A stretch of 64,000 bases of DNA, from the NCBI GenBank assembly GCA_052035235.1, contig JBPOHT010000037.1, positions 16,759-80,758 of the forward strand, written 5' to 3'. The position numbers and the translations under genes are program-made. Below, in pieces: positions 8,209-17,776 of this stretch. The notes beneath the pieces are model-generated. The model was not told where the DNA came from and searched no databases. It saw only the letters and a list, made by a program, of their open reading frames with translations. Source of the stretch: Pseudomonadota bacterium (GTDB lineage Bacteria > Pseudomonadota > Gammaproteobacteria > Nevskiales > Nevskiaceae). The stretch's first letter is position 1; every line of letters starts with the position of its first letter.

Positions 8209-10362
8209 TTAGCGGCTGGCCTCTTCGATGGCCCAGGCCTCAGCCGGCGCGGCGGCCAGGGGACCCGGAAGGCGGCTGATGTAGGACGGCGGACGCACGG
8301 TCAGCAGCTGGTTCTTCGGAGGCGCCAGGGGCACCTGGCGCAGCGCAGCAGTCGCGCGGGATTCCGTGAAGGAGGGCTGCACATAGCGCCGCACCAGGCC
8401 CCAGAGGGGGTTTCCGCTCATCAGGCCAATCAGGCCCTGGCCGCCGACGATGGCCGTATTGCTGTTGTTCACCGAATGGCCGGGCGGCTGCATGTTGATG
8501 ACTTCCGAGACGCGCCCTGCCGCCCGCAGGTTTTCCACCTGCTCGGGTGGGAACAACGCACGCAGTTTGTCGTCGCCGATGGCATCCAGCGCCTTGTTGA
8601 GCTGCGCCTGGGATACTCCCTCGACGCCACCTGCGCCCGCGCCGGCCGCATCGCGGATCTGATCCAGAACGCGAGCGCGGATCGCGGCGGCGGCCTCCGG
8701 CGCATCGGCATCCAGGGCCCGCATGAGGTTGACCAACTGGGTGGGCTTCACGTTCTGCGAGAGCACGTTCTTCTGGATGAAGCCGTCCGGCACGGCATCC
8801 AGGTTCAACGCCTGTCGATAAGCCGGCACCTCATCCAGGAACTGCTGGCGGGCCGCCTCCATCGTGCGGCCCTGCCAGAAGGGGCTTGTGCCACCTGCTG
8901 CCTCGTCGGCGGCACGCTGCACCGCGCGCACTGCTGCCGCCGTTGCGGACCGTTGGATATCCGGAAGGTCGGCCCATTGTGCGTTCCCATACTGGGCCAA
9001 AGCCTCTGCATCACCCACGGTAAATGGAGTGGTCTGCGCTAGGCGACGCTGCACCGCCGGATTGCGCCCAGCATCCAGGTCCTCCAGTTGACGGCGCAGC
9101 CCCTTTTCAACATTGATCAATCCGCCAGCGCCGTGAGTTTCTCGGCGCGTCAGATCCATCAACCGGTTTCCCCTGAGGGGGATATTTGCCGCCTGCGATC
9201 CGTAGGCAACTTGATACAGATCATTGACCAGCGTATTGACCGGATCTGCCGCGGCCCTGATGGCAGCAACAACGCTGTCATCCGCCTCCATGGGCGTCAT
9301 CCGCGCGACGGGAATGCCGGCGCGCTGCTGGTCCAGCCCAGCAAGGATCAGGCGATTGTTCGTGTCGATCTGGCGCGCAATCGGCTCGCCGCCCTGCATC
9401 TTCGCCAGGTTGCGCTCCATGCTCCAGCGGCGCACGCCCTCGGGGCCGGTGCTGCGCAGTTCGTCACCTGGCGTCAACTGCACGCCAAGGCGCTCAGCAT
9501 CGGCGCGACGCGCAAGCTGAACGGGATCGAGCGCCGCGGGGCTGACACCAGCGGCCTGCACCTGCTGGCGGATTCGGTCCTTGACCTGGTTCGCCATGGA
9601 CGCCCAATCAACGCCCTGGGAGCGCAGCACGGTCTCAATTTCCGCATCCACCTGCGCGGCCGATGGAGCCCGGCCGGCTTGCTGCGAGAGCGCGCGGACT
9701 CTCTGGGCAATATTGCCGAAAAGCGCCGATGCGCCCTTGCCCAAGGCAAAACCGGCAGGCCCAAACACAGTTCCGGCACCACCGCCCGCCAGGACCTGTC
9801 CCGCTTTCTGCCCTGCGTAGCCCCCGCGCGATACATCCACCGGCGCCGCAGTGCCTGCAATGGCGCCCTGGCCAGCACCCAGCATGGCAGCACCACCCGG
9901 GCTCGCGGGTATCAATGGCAGCGCCACGGCGCCCAGCAACGCAGGCACAGTGGCCTCACCGCCCAGACGCGCCCAATCGATGCCGCCCTTCAGCGTGGCC
10001 GTCATATCCTCCGAGTTGCGGAGCGCGCCGGCCGCCATACGGTCTGCGACCTCGCGAGAACCGCCCACGTCAGGCAACGCGTGCTGTACAAACTGGTTCA
10101 GCCCTGCCACCTGGCCGCGCAGCCCAGCGATGAATCGCTGCGAAGCAGGAGCCGGCTCCGAATTCTGCTTAGGCGGAGCGGATACGCTTCCAGCACCCGT
10201 GGCAGCATTCCAGAACTGGGCACGCGCATCCTGTTCGCGTCCTGCCGGCACACGGGGCAGCACAACCTGCTCGAAATACTGCGAACGCGCCTGCTCCTGC
10301 TGCTCGGGGCTCAACGCCTGATACTGCGGTGACGCCGCCACTTCCGCCCAAGGCTTGGCCAT
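8209..10362 (-). CDS. DNA ejection/transfer protein, P22 gp16-like
   Basis: N-terminus MAKPWAEVAASPQYQALSPEQQEQARSQYF resembles P22-family gp16 as I recall it; Gly/Ala-rich; last of three ejection genes. Confidence 0.65.
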   Translation of the reverse strand: MAKPWAEVAASPQYQALSPEQQEQARSQYFEQVVLPRVPAGREQDARAQFWNAATGAGSVSAPPKQNSEPAPASQRFIAGLRGQVAGLNQFVQHALPDVGGSREVADRMAAGALRNSEDMTATLKGGIDWARLGGEATVPALLGAVALPLIPASPGGAAMLGAGQGAIAGTAAPVDVSRGGYAGQKAGQVLAGGGAGTVFGPAGFALGKGASALFGNIAQRVRALSQQAGRAPSAAQVDAEIETVLRSQGVDWASMANQVKDRIRQQVQAAGVSPAALDPVQLARRADAERLGVQLTPGDELRSTGPEGVRRWSMERNLAKMQGGEPIARQIDTNNRLILAGLDQQRAGIPVARMTPMEADDSVVAAIRAAADPVNTLVNDLYQVAYGSQAANIPLRGNRLMDLTRRETHGAGGLINVEKGLRRQLEDLDAGRNPAVQRRLAQTTPFTVGDAEALAQYGNAQWADLPDIQRSATAAAVRAVQRAADEAAGGTSPFWQGRTMEAARQQFLDEVPAYRQALNLDAVPDGFIQKNVLSQNVKPTQLVNLMRALDADAPEAAAAIRARVLDQIRDAAGAGAGGVEGVSQAQLNKALDAIGDDKLRALFPPEQVENLRAAGRVSEVINMQPPGHSVNNSNTAIVGGQGLIGLMSGNPLWGLVRRYVQPSFTESRATAALRQVPLAPPKNQLLTVRPPSYISRLPGPLAAAPAEAWAIEEASR

Positions 10363-10364
10363 GA

Positions 10365-11495
10365 TCACTGCCCCCAAAGAGCCGAGAAATCATCCGATTG
10401 AGCAGCCGGTGCGAGCGGCGCCTCAGGCACGGCCCCGGAGTTACGGCGCAAGCCCTCGATCACGGTCCGGCGGTTCTGGGTCTTCTGCGCCAGCACCTCC
10501 TTTGAGTCGCCCGGCTGGGGAAAGTACTGGCGCCTGGCGTTGTCGAATTCGGCAGGGCTGATCACCGCGCCGGATTCCTGACGCAGAATGGCATTCACGA
10601 AGTTGCGCTGCGCCTGCTCCACCTGCTGCTGCTCGGGGCTCTGCGTCCAATTGGTGAGGGTACCCACGGCTTGGGAGAGGCCATCGCCAATGAACGGCAC
10701 GCCTCCTGCAATGCCCTCGGCAGCTCGCTTTACGAGGCCCGGCTGCTGGACGCCAGAAGCAGAAAGCTTGTCCATGGCCGCCTCTGCCTCGGCCGCGCGA
10801 TCCGCATAGATCGCACTCTTGCCCTGGAACTCCGTCATGGGCCGCTGCCGCTGCGAGTTCTCACGGATTCGCGTATCAGCCATGTCCTGCCCACGGCGCG
10901 ATGTAGCCGCGGACACATCCTGACCACGCGCTGTCAGCCCCTCGCTCGCCTTGTTGTGGCGCGCCGTCTCCGCGCGCGTCGCATCCGCGCCGGCCAGCTC
11001 GCGTTCCTTGTTCGCCTGGTTCAAGCGATCCATCGCCGTCAGCGCGTAGCCACGGTACTGTTCCACCCAGGCAGGGTCATAGCCTTCCGGCGCACCAGTC
11101 AGGTCCAGGCCATAGCCCTGCGCCGTCTGCCGGGCCTGCTGCCACCCAGCCTCATCGCGCACGCCGCCCAGCAACTGCGATGCCAGCCCGATCTTGAAGC
11201 GCGCGTTCTCGTCTTGGAGCTTCTGCGTGTCGGCCTGCGTCTTCAGCACGTCGGCTTTCTTCGCATCGATCTCCGCCCGCCCCTTCGCATAATTCTGCGC
11301 CCCCGCAAAATCCCCATACTTCTGCAGGATCTTCTCCGGGTCCGCGCCATCCTGCTGAAGGTCCAGCAGCATGTTCCGCTCACGCCGCTGCTTCTTGAAC
11401 CCCTGGATGCCCTGCGCCAGGCCCAGCAGCGCGTTCTGGCTCTGGTCCTGCGCGGCCTGCACGCCCCGCAGCGGAATCGTCGGATCGATCGCCAT
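10365..11495 (-). CDS. DNA ejection protein, gp20-like
   Basis: Helical Gln/Ala-rich protein between the gp7-like and gp16-like genes. Confidence 0.55.
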   Translation of the reverse strand: MAIDPTIPLRGVQAAQDQSQNALLGLAQGIQGFKKQRRERNMLLDLQQDGADPEKILQKYGDFAGAQNYAKGRAEIDAKKADVLKTQADTQKLQDENARFKIGLASQLLGGVRDEAGWQQARQTAQGYGLDLTGAPEGYDPAWVEQYRGYALTAMDRLNQANKERELAGADATRAETARHNKASEGLTARGQDVSAATSRRGQDMADTRIRENSQRQRPMTEFQGKSAIYADRAAEAEAAMDKLSASGVQQPGLVKRAAEGIAGGVPFIGDGLSQAVGTLTNWTQSPEQQQVEQAQRNFVNAILRQESGAVISPAEFDNARRQYFPQPGDSKEVLAQKTQNRRTVIEGLRRNSGAVPEAPLAPAAQSDDFSALWGQ

Positions 11496-11496
11496 C

Positions 11497-12489
11497 TCAC
11501 AGTGCTCCGTAGTTGACCAGCAGATACCCGTCCGGGCCTTCCATCACCGCGTCCGGCCGCAGCTTCTGCGCCTCGTCCGCCATCACGCCGCGCTCGCGCC
11601 GCCCGAAGATCGTGTACTCGTACAGCGGCAGGCCGCTGGCATGCGTGCCCACGCGCACCACGTCTGTCTTCAGGCGCCGGTCGCTGAAGGCATACGCCGC
11701 GGCCGTGCCCACATTGAGCAGCTGGTTGAAGTTGTTCGTCCGCTGGTTGCCGGCCGCCACGTAGCCGCTGGCCCGCGCGTTGCCGATATCGCCCAGGTTC
11801 TGGGCCGCCTGCGTGGCGTAGTTCTGCCCCTGGCCGCCCAGGTTCTGGGCCGTGGTCTGGCCCACGCCGGCGATGTTGGCGTAGCGGTTCCAGATGTTGT
11901 TGTATTCGTTGGAGGCCGCGCCCTGCGCGTAGTTGGTCAGGTCCTTGGCAAATCCGCCGGACACCAGGCCGCCGCGGGCCGCCGCGCTGCGCTCCAGCGC
12001 CTTCTGGCCCTGGTCCAGGTTCCACTGGTATGCCGGGTTCACCGTCAGCAGCTGGTTGATGTCCGTGGGTGCCGTGGTCAGCGCCGTGCCGGGCACGGGC
12101 GTCTGGGCCGTCGGCGCCGGCAGCGGCTTGGACGGCACCGCCCCGGCCGGCGTGGTCCCCGTGCCCGTAGCCTGGCCCGCGGTGCTGGAGCCCAGCGGCC
12201 CGGCGCTCAGCGCCTGGATCTGCGCATTGGTCACCTGCGGCAGCCCGGTCAGCGCCAGCAGCGGATTCAGCGCGCCCTGCCCGGCCGCCAGCCACGGCAG
12301 CTGGTCGGTGCGGCCCTGGGTGTGGACGTCGCGCGCCAGCTGGTTCGCCTCGCGCGCTGCGGCCTCCTGCGCTGCAGCGGCGCTCTGGGCGCCCTTCGTT
12401 GCGGCATTCGACCCCGTGAGATCGCCGACGATATCACCCACCAGATCGACGCCTGATACCGTCTTGATCACATCCTTAACGAAGCCCAT
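11497..12489 (-). CDS. DNA transfer/pilot protein, gp7-like, with a C-terminal peptidase-S74-type chaperone motif
   Basis: GRTDQLPWLAAGQGAL, PAYQWNLDQGQKALERSAAARGGL.SG; C-terminal FSDRRLKTD...GVMADE...DGYLLVNY. Confidence 0.65.
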   Translation of the reverse strand: MGFVKDVIKTVSGVDLVGDIVGDLTGSNAATKGAQSAAAAQEAAAREANQLARDVHTQGRTDQLPWLAAGQGALNPLLALTGLPQVTNAQIQALSAGPLGSSTAGQATGTGTTPAGAVPSKPLPAPTAQTPVPGTALTTAPTDINQLLTVNPAYQWNLDQGQKALERSAAARGGLVSGGFAKDLTNYAQGAASNEYNNIWNRYANIAGVGQTTAQNLGGQGQNYATQAAQNLGDIGNARASGYVAAGNQRTNNFNQLLNVGTAAAYAFSDRRLKTDVVRVGTHASGLPLYEYTIFGRRERGVMADEAQKLRPDAVMEGPDGYLLVNYGAL

Positions 12490-12856
12490 CTGCATCCCTC
12501 CGGTAGATGCGGCGGCCATCGGCCTCCGCATGAATCACGAAACCCAATCCTTCTGCCAGGCGGCATACCGCCCGGTTACTCACCTTTACCGGCGCCAGCA
12601 GGTACGGCAGGTGCTGCAGCCCATAGGCCACGATCCGGCGTATCGCGAAGGCCGCCCGACCCGGCCGGGTCACGGCCACGTGGAACACCGGCCCGTCGAA
12701 CAGCGCCGCGCCCACCGGCTCATCGCCCATCCACAGCCCGAAGAAGGCCGTCACGCCCCTCGCGCGCTCCAGGAAGGCTTCCACCGGCTCCTGCGTCTCG
12801 TAGGCCGCCCACATCGCCCGCGCGCAGGCCTCATCGAAGCCGAACACCTCGCGCAT
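12476..12856 (-). CDS. Virion assembly protein, GNAT-like (P22 gp14 position)
   Basis: MREVFGFDE...FHVAV...NRAVCRLAEGLGF; TGATG overlap with the upstream gene. Confidence 0.5.
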   Translation of the reverse strand: MREVFGFDEACARAMWAAYETQEPVEAFLERARGVTAFFGLWMGDEPVGAALFDGPVFHVAVTRPGRAAFAIRRIVAYGLQHLPYLLAPVKVSNRAVCRLAEGLGFVIHAEADGRRIYRRDADGLR

Positions 12857-13356
12857 CAGCCGCCACCCGGGAAGGCCGGCAGCACCACGGGGTCCAGCGT
12901 CTTGGCCACGTTCTCCGAGTCCGGGCGCCCCACCACGTTCTGCAGGTAGTTGACGGCGTCCGCCACAATGCGGGCCGACTGGTAGCCCACCGCTGCCTGC
13001 TGCTGCGCCACAGTAGCCGCGCCCTTGGCGCCCACCACGTTCATGGAGACGTCCGGCACCGTCGGCGCCGTCAGGCCGCCCAGGCTCACCTGCGCCAGGT
13101 GCCGGAAGAACCGGTACCAGACCACGTCCAGGTACACTGGCTTGTTGCGATCCCCACCCAAGTACCCGAACGGCTGGCGCTCGCTGGGCAGCCAGTCCTG
13201 GTCGCGCTGCCGGCTGTAGGTCAGGCCACCGCCGCCGTCGAAGACGCCCGTCGTAGCTCCGAAGGCAAAGCCGGCCTGTGACCCCGTGCGCCGGGCGGCT
13301 GTGGCCGCGGTCGCGGCGCCGAAGCCGAAGACCGCGACCGAGCCGGTGCTGGCCAT
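12856..13356 (-). CDS. Phage virion protein (tail needle position)
   Basis: Start at MASTGS with a TGATG overlap; lies between tail hub and ejection genes. Confidence 0.45.
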   Translation of the reverse strand: MASTGSVAVFGFGAATAATAARRTGSQAGFAFGATTGVFDGGGGLTYSRQRDQDWLPSERQPFGYLGGDRNKPVYLDVVWYRFFRHLAQVSLGGLTAPTVPDVSMNVVGAKGAATVAQQQAAVGYQSARIVADAVNYLQNVVGRPDSENVAKTLDPVVLPAFPGGG

Positions 13357-13943
13357 CAGAGCGGCAGGCCGAACTGCGCCGTGGCGAGCTGGTGCGTACC
13401 CTGGGAGGCGTAGACGTCCGCCACGATCGAGCACACCTGCACATCCGTGCCGCCGGCGCTGGTCAGGTCAATCGCCGCGCCACCCACCGTCGCGGCCACC
13501 TGGAAGCTGTCCGTTGCCGAGGAGATCACGTAGTACGGCGTGCCCTCCACCAGGCCGCCCGGCACCACGCCGCCGTAGAACACAATCAGGTCATCATTGG
13601 CGTAGCCATGGGCCACGCAGCGCACCAGATCCACCGCGGGGTCCGCGATGAACTCCTTCGGCGTGCCCCCGCCATTCGGCGTGTAGTAGAGGAACGTCGA
13701 GGCCGCCCAGAAGCCGATCCAGCGCACCGTCGTGGCCGGCACGTCGAAGGTCACGGCCCCGCTGAGCGAGCGGATGCCGCCAGCTGCCACGCCGAAGGCT
13801 GCTGGCATGCGGGCATAGGCCGGCGCTCCGCCGCTCACCTCGTTCGCCCCGGTAAGCCCCGGGAAATCGGTGTGCAGGCTGGCCGTATCCACGGCCAGGG
13901 CATTGAGCATGGCGCCGATGGCGCTGCTGGAAATCGCGGGCAT
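13356..13943 (-). CDS. Phage virion structural protein
   Basis: 195 aa, beta-rich, translationally coupled within the late operon. Confidence 0.55.
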   Translation of the reverse strand: MPAISSSAIGAMLNALAVDTASLHTDFPGLTGANEVSGGAPAYARMPAAFGVAAGGIRSLSGAVTFDVPATTVRWIGFWAASTFLYYTPNGGGTPKEFIADPAVDLVRCVAHGYANDDLIVFYGGVVPGGLVEGTPYYVISSATDSFQVAATVGGAAIDLTSAGGTDVQVCSIVADVYASQGTHQLATAQFGLPL

Positions 13944-15358
13944 CAGTGGCCTCCGGCCTGTGCTTCGACCGTCGCGCCCAGGATCACCCGGCGGCAGTCG
14001 TCCGTAATGGAAACTTCGAATACGCGCTGCCGCCCGCAGCCCAGGCGGAAGAACTGCACCCGGTTGCGGAACTGGCCGATCTTGCCCAGGCCGCGCCGCA
14101 GGTAGTTGCTCCAGGTGTAGCCGCCGTCATCGCTCCAGCGCAGCCGCACCTCGGGGTCATCCTCGGCGCTGCCGACACCCATCTCCGCATCCACTTCCAC
14201 CAGCGTGTAGAACACCCGCTGCAAGTTGTTGGACTGCGTGGCGCTGGTGCGCAGCGCCACCATGGGATCCCCGTCGTCGGTGAACACATCCAGGTCCAGG
14301 CTATACACCCGGCCGTCCTTGTGGTCGCCCACCAGGTGCAGGCCGTTCCAGAACAGGTAGACGTCGCCACGCCAGCGATGCAGCGTGCCGTCCTCCGTGT
14401 CCAGCCAGGCCCGCTCATGCCACTCGCCGGTGGACACGTCATAGACCCACGTCGCATCCCCGGACGGGAAGCTGAACACGATGAACAGGTGCCCTTCCTG
14501 CTCGTAGGCAAAGCCCGTGGCGTCCGCCAGCGTCGGGTACTGCGCCAGCGCAAACTCGATGGCATGCGTGCTGATGCGCTGCGGCGCGTAGCCATTGGCG
14601 CGCCAGATCGAGCCGGCGCCTTCCTCGCTGCGGCCGATCCAGAACAGCGAGTTGTCCGCCTTCACCACGGCGAACCGGGCCATCAGGCCCTTCTCGATCG
14701 TCGTGTTGCCCACCCGCTGGAACGGGAACGAGGCATTGCCCGTGTTCTGCCAGGGCTCGATGGTGGTCTCCCCGAACAGCCACAGCTCCCGGTGATCCGA
14801 GATCGGCAGGAGCAGCGCGTCCGGCGAACTCTCCGCGCTGCCGAAGTCCAGGGCATCCCAGGCACTGCCATCCAGCAGATCCGAGAGGTAGAACTTGCCG
14901 CTGCCATCGCCGGCCACGATGAAGTAGCCGTCCTGGTAGGTCGCCGCCGTCACCCCGTTGGGGAACGAGCTATCCGCGATCTGCGTCAGCGCGCCTGCTG
15001 TGGCGATCCAGCCTGCGGCGCCGTCCACGATCAGCACCTGTGCGCCATTGGTGACGATGCCGACACGGCCGGTGCTGGTGCTGATCACCCCCAGCGTCGT
15101 CTGGGCGCCGCCCGGCGCGCGCCGGTACACGGCATTGCCAGCCACCCAGTACGAGTTCCCCGCCATCACCACGGCCCCGCGCACCGGCCCGGCCGGGAAT
15201 GTCCACTGCCGCAGCAGCCCCGGCGTGCCGTACAGCGCCAGCGGCGCCCGGGGCGACTTGTCGTCGTACTCCAGGAACAGGTTCACGCACCGCTGGGCGT
15301 CGGCCCGGCGCGAGCGAGCCCGGTAGGCCGGACCTACGAATGGCAGCTTCGCGGCCAC
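13943..15358 (-). CDS. Tail hub / packaged-DNA stabilization protein, P22 gp10-like
   Basis: LYGTPGL, DGYFI, AESSPD, LFGETTIEPW.NTG...FPFQR, TWVYD..TGEWHER, LRWSDDGG.TWS, LG..GQF..RV.F.RLG. Confidence 0.85.
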   Translation of the reverse strand: MAAKLPFVGPAYRARSRRADAQRCVNLFLEYDDKSPRAPLALYGTPGLLRQWTFPAGPVRGAVVMAGNSYWVAGNAVYRRAPGGAQTTLGVISTSTGRVGIVTNGAQVLIVDGAAGWIATAGALTQIADSSFPNGVTAATYQDGYFIVAGDGSGKFYLSDLLDGSAWDALDFGSAESSPDALLLPISDHRELWLFGETTIEPWQNTGNASFPFQRVGNTTIEKGLMARFAVVKADNSLFWIGRSEEGAGSIWRANGYAPQRISTHAIEFALAQYPTLADATGFAYEQEGHLFIVFSFPSGDATWVYDVSTGEWHERAWLDTEDGTLHRWRGDVYLFWNGLHLVGDHKDGRVYSLDLDVFTDDGDPMVALRTSATQSNNLQRVFYTLVEVDAEMGVGSAEDDPEVRLRWSDDGGYTWSNYLRRGLGKIGQFRNRVQFFRLGCGRQRVFEVSITDDCRRVILGATVEAQAGGH

Positions 15359-15359
15359 G

Positions 15360-16049
15360 TCAGCACCCCCCGGTGAGGATGTTGAAGCCCGATCCGCAGG
15401 GCAGGCCGATGTCAGCCGGCCGCAGGTTGTTGCGGCGGATCACGTCGCGGGCATTTTTGGCCCGCTGCCGGTCCGTGATGGACAGCTCGCGGCCGAAGGT
15501 GGACTGCGCCTCCTCCGCCAGGGTCCATTCCAGGGCGGACAAATAGCCATGCACCAGCGAGACCTCCGTCCCCTGGTCCGGAAACGCCACCAGCTGGGCG
15601 CCGATGGGCACCTGCATGACGTAGGGCGCGTCCGGCAGCGGCCAGAGATTCAGCGTGCCCAGCGTCGGCCCCGGCGCGTAGTAGGCCACCTCCGGCGGGC
15701 CGGCCTGCGCCGGATAGATGATGGCGGAGAACGGGGCCTGGTTGATCACGCTCACCTGCCGGACGCTGCCGCCCAGGTCATAGGTGGGCATCGAAACCAG
15801 GGCCGGCGGCACACTGCTGGCCGCCACGTCACCGCTGGGGCCCACCGTGTAGGCGCCCACGCCCTGGACCAGCGTCAACGGCACCATCGACACCGCGTAG
15901 ACGTAGATGGACTGCGCCGCCCACTGGTCGATGATCCCGTTGAGCAGGCCAAAGCCCAGCTCCGCGTCGTCGGCCCTGGCTGCCTCGCCAGCCCCCAGCA
16001 CACCCAGGCGCTGGTAGGCCCGCTGGATGATCTGGCTAGCTGTTGCCAC
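15360..16049 (-). CDS. Head-tail adaptor, P22 gp4-like
   Basis: VATASQIIQRAYQRLGV...GE...D...G...LN.IIDQW; lies after the capsid region. Confidence 0.7.
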   Translation of the reverse strand: MATASQIIQRAYQRLGVLGAGEAARADDAELGFGLLNGIIDQWAAQSIYVYAVSMVPLTLVQGVGAYTVGPSGDVAASSVPPALVSMPTYDLGGSVRQVSVINQAPFSAIIYPAQAGPPEVAYYAPGPTLGTLNLWPLPDAPYVMQVPIGAQLVAFPDQGTEVSLVHGYLSALEWTLAEEAQSTFGRELSITDRQRAKNARDVIRRNNLRPADIGLPCGSGFNILTGGC

Positions 16050-16446
16050 GCGCCTTCTCGCCCGCGGGCTTGGCGCTCTTGGCCTTCTCGAAGGCCGCGC
16101 GCTCATCGCGCAGGGCGGTCTCGCGCTCTTCGAGGTTCTTCAGCTGGCCGGCCAGTTCGGCCCGGCCCTCATCGCGTTCCTTCTCGAACGCCTGGCGCTC
16201 GGCCTGCAAGGCCTCCGCCTGCTCCACGACCAGGTCGGCGAATTCGGCCTTGTCCTTCTCCAGCTGGGCCACCTGTTCGGCCAGGTCGGCCTGCTGCTGC
16301 CCAGCCAATTCGCCGGCCGACTCCGGGGCCTCCACCGGGAACGGCTCCTGCGCCCAGCCCTCGCCCAGCGCCGCCAGTTCCTTGGCGTCCTGAACGATCC
16401 GCGCCGGCAGCTCGCGGTGAAACACCCACTTGGGGAAATTCTGCAT
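16036..16446 (-). CDS. Phage protein with coiled-coil
   Basis: MQNFPKWVFH...ELAALGEGW then an acidic coiled-coil; GGAGA RBS. Confidence 0.6.
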   Translation of the reverse strand: MQNFPKWVFHRELPARIVQDAKELAALGEGWAQEPFPVEAPESAGELAGQQQADLAEQVAQLEKDKAEFADLVVEQAEALQAERQAFEKERDEGRAELAGQLKNLEERETALRDERAAFEKAKSAKPAGEKARGNS

Positions 16447-16456
16447 GGTTCTCTCC

Positions 16457-16482
16457 AAAAGAGAGGGCCCCTTGCGGGGCCC
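16457..16482 (-). terminator. Terminator-like hairpin after the capsid gene
   Basis: GGGCCCC-GCAA-GGGGCCC followed by TCTCTTTT on the minus strand. Confidence 0.55.
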
Positions 16483-16516
16483 CTGAGTGACTTCCAGTAC
16501 CGCCGTGCGCAAGGCC

Positions 16517-17761
16517 TCAGCTGGTGAGGCGGGCCGCCCATTGCGGGCGCTGCATGGTGTAGCCGGTCAGCAGGTCGAAGCGGCAGATGCGGCGGTTGTT
16601 GATGATGTCGTAGCCGCGCACGAAGCGCAGGGCCACGTTCTCGTAGACGCCGCGCGCCGCCATGTCCATGCCCTTGGGCAGTTCCATGTCGATGGTCGCC
16701 AGGGTGATGGCGGACTTGTGAAACAGCATGTTCTGCTTGTAGGCCGTATTCGCCGTACCGGACCGGACGGTGATCGGGGCGTTGTCCGCCGGGCGAGCCG
16801 TCACGTTCTGGTAGGCGCCGCCAGCGATGATGGCCGGGCTGATCACCACAGTCGCGTTGCCGGAGCCGTCCGACGCCGTGTCGGCCGTCACCACGAACTG
16901 CTGCAGCTGGCCGGTGGACACCTTGTTGTCCGGGTTCACGGCGTAGACGCCATCGATGGTGAACACGTCACCCTTGCGCAGGCGGTTGGCGGCGGCGGCC
17001 GTCCAGCCGTCCGTCACCAGTGACGTGGTCGCAGCGTACGGGTTGTCCGTGCTGCCGGCGTTGATGATGCCCTGGTTGGCGCCGTTGACCAGCGGCGTGC
17101 CGCCCAGGCCGCCCACGGTGTGGGTCGGCAGGTTCTGCGACATCTGGAAGTCCAGGCCCAGGTTGGTCTTCATCAGGCCGTCCTTCACCTGCTGGGAGTT
17201 GCGGTCCTGGGCGTGGTACACGTTGGCCATGCCGGCCACCAGCTTGGCGTTGGCCACCGGGTCGATGGCCGCCACGCGCCAGCCGTCACGCGGCGCAGCG
17301 TTGTTGTCCAGGTACACCGCCGCATCCAGTGCGGACGCAACGGTCGCCGGCGGCGTGCCCGGGGTGCCGGCCAGGTTCCAGACCGAGGAGTACAGCGAGC
17401 CGATGCGGGTATCCAGTTCCGTCGCCAGGCGGGCACCGGCCGGCTGCAGGTAACGCTTGTCGAACTCGTCGATCGACAGGGTCAGGTCGTAGTCCGAGAA
17501 CGCCCAGTCGATACCGATTTCCGGCTGGATGGTGAGCGGGACAGTGGTCTCGTTCACGTCCTGGATGTTGGCGGTCGCGCCATTGCGGACCGTGAACTGC
17601 ACCGGCTGGCGGATGTTGATGGTCGAGCCGACCTTGGCGCCCTTCTTGGCGAATTCCTCCTCGTACTGGACGTCGATGTTGCCGAGGAAGGCAGACGAGT
17701 TGTGCAGCGCGGCCAGCGTCTTGTTGACGATGATCTGCGAGGTGATGATGTTGTTTGCCAC
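16517..17761 (-). CDS. Major capsid protein, P22 coat family
   Basis: MANNIITSQII, GAKVGSTINIRQP, FDKRYLQPA..LA, GLDFQMSQN, LRKGDVFTIDGVYAVNP, RFDLLTG. Confidence 0.9.
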   Translation of the reverse strand: MANNIITSQIIVNKTLAALHNSSAFLGNIDVQYEEEFAKKGAKVGSTINIRQPVQFTVRNGATANIQDVNETTVPLTIQPEIGIDWAFSDYDLTLSIDEFDKRYLQPAGARLATELDTRIGSLYSSVWNLAGTPGTPPATVASALDAAVYLDNNAAPRDGWRVAAIDPVANAKLVAGMANVYHAQDRNSQQVKDGLMKTNLGLDFQMSQNLPTHTVGGLGGTPLVNGANQGIINAGSTDNPYAATTSLVTDGWTAAAANRLRKGDVFTIDGVYAVNPDNKVSTGQLQQFVVTADTASDGSGNATVVISPAIIAGGAYQNVTARPADNAPITVRSGTANTAYKQNMLFHKSAITLATIDMELPKGMDMAARGVYENVALRFVRGYDIINNRRICRFDLLTGYTMQRPQWAARLTS

Positions 17762-17776
17762 GGTAACTCCTTGGGC

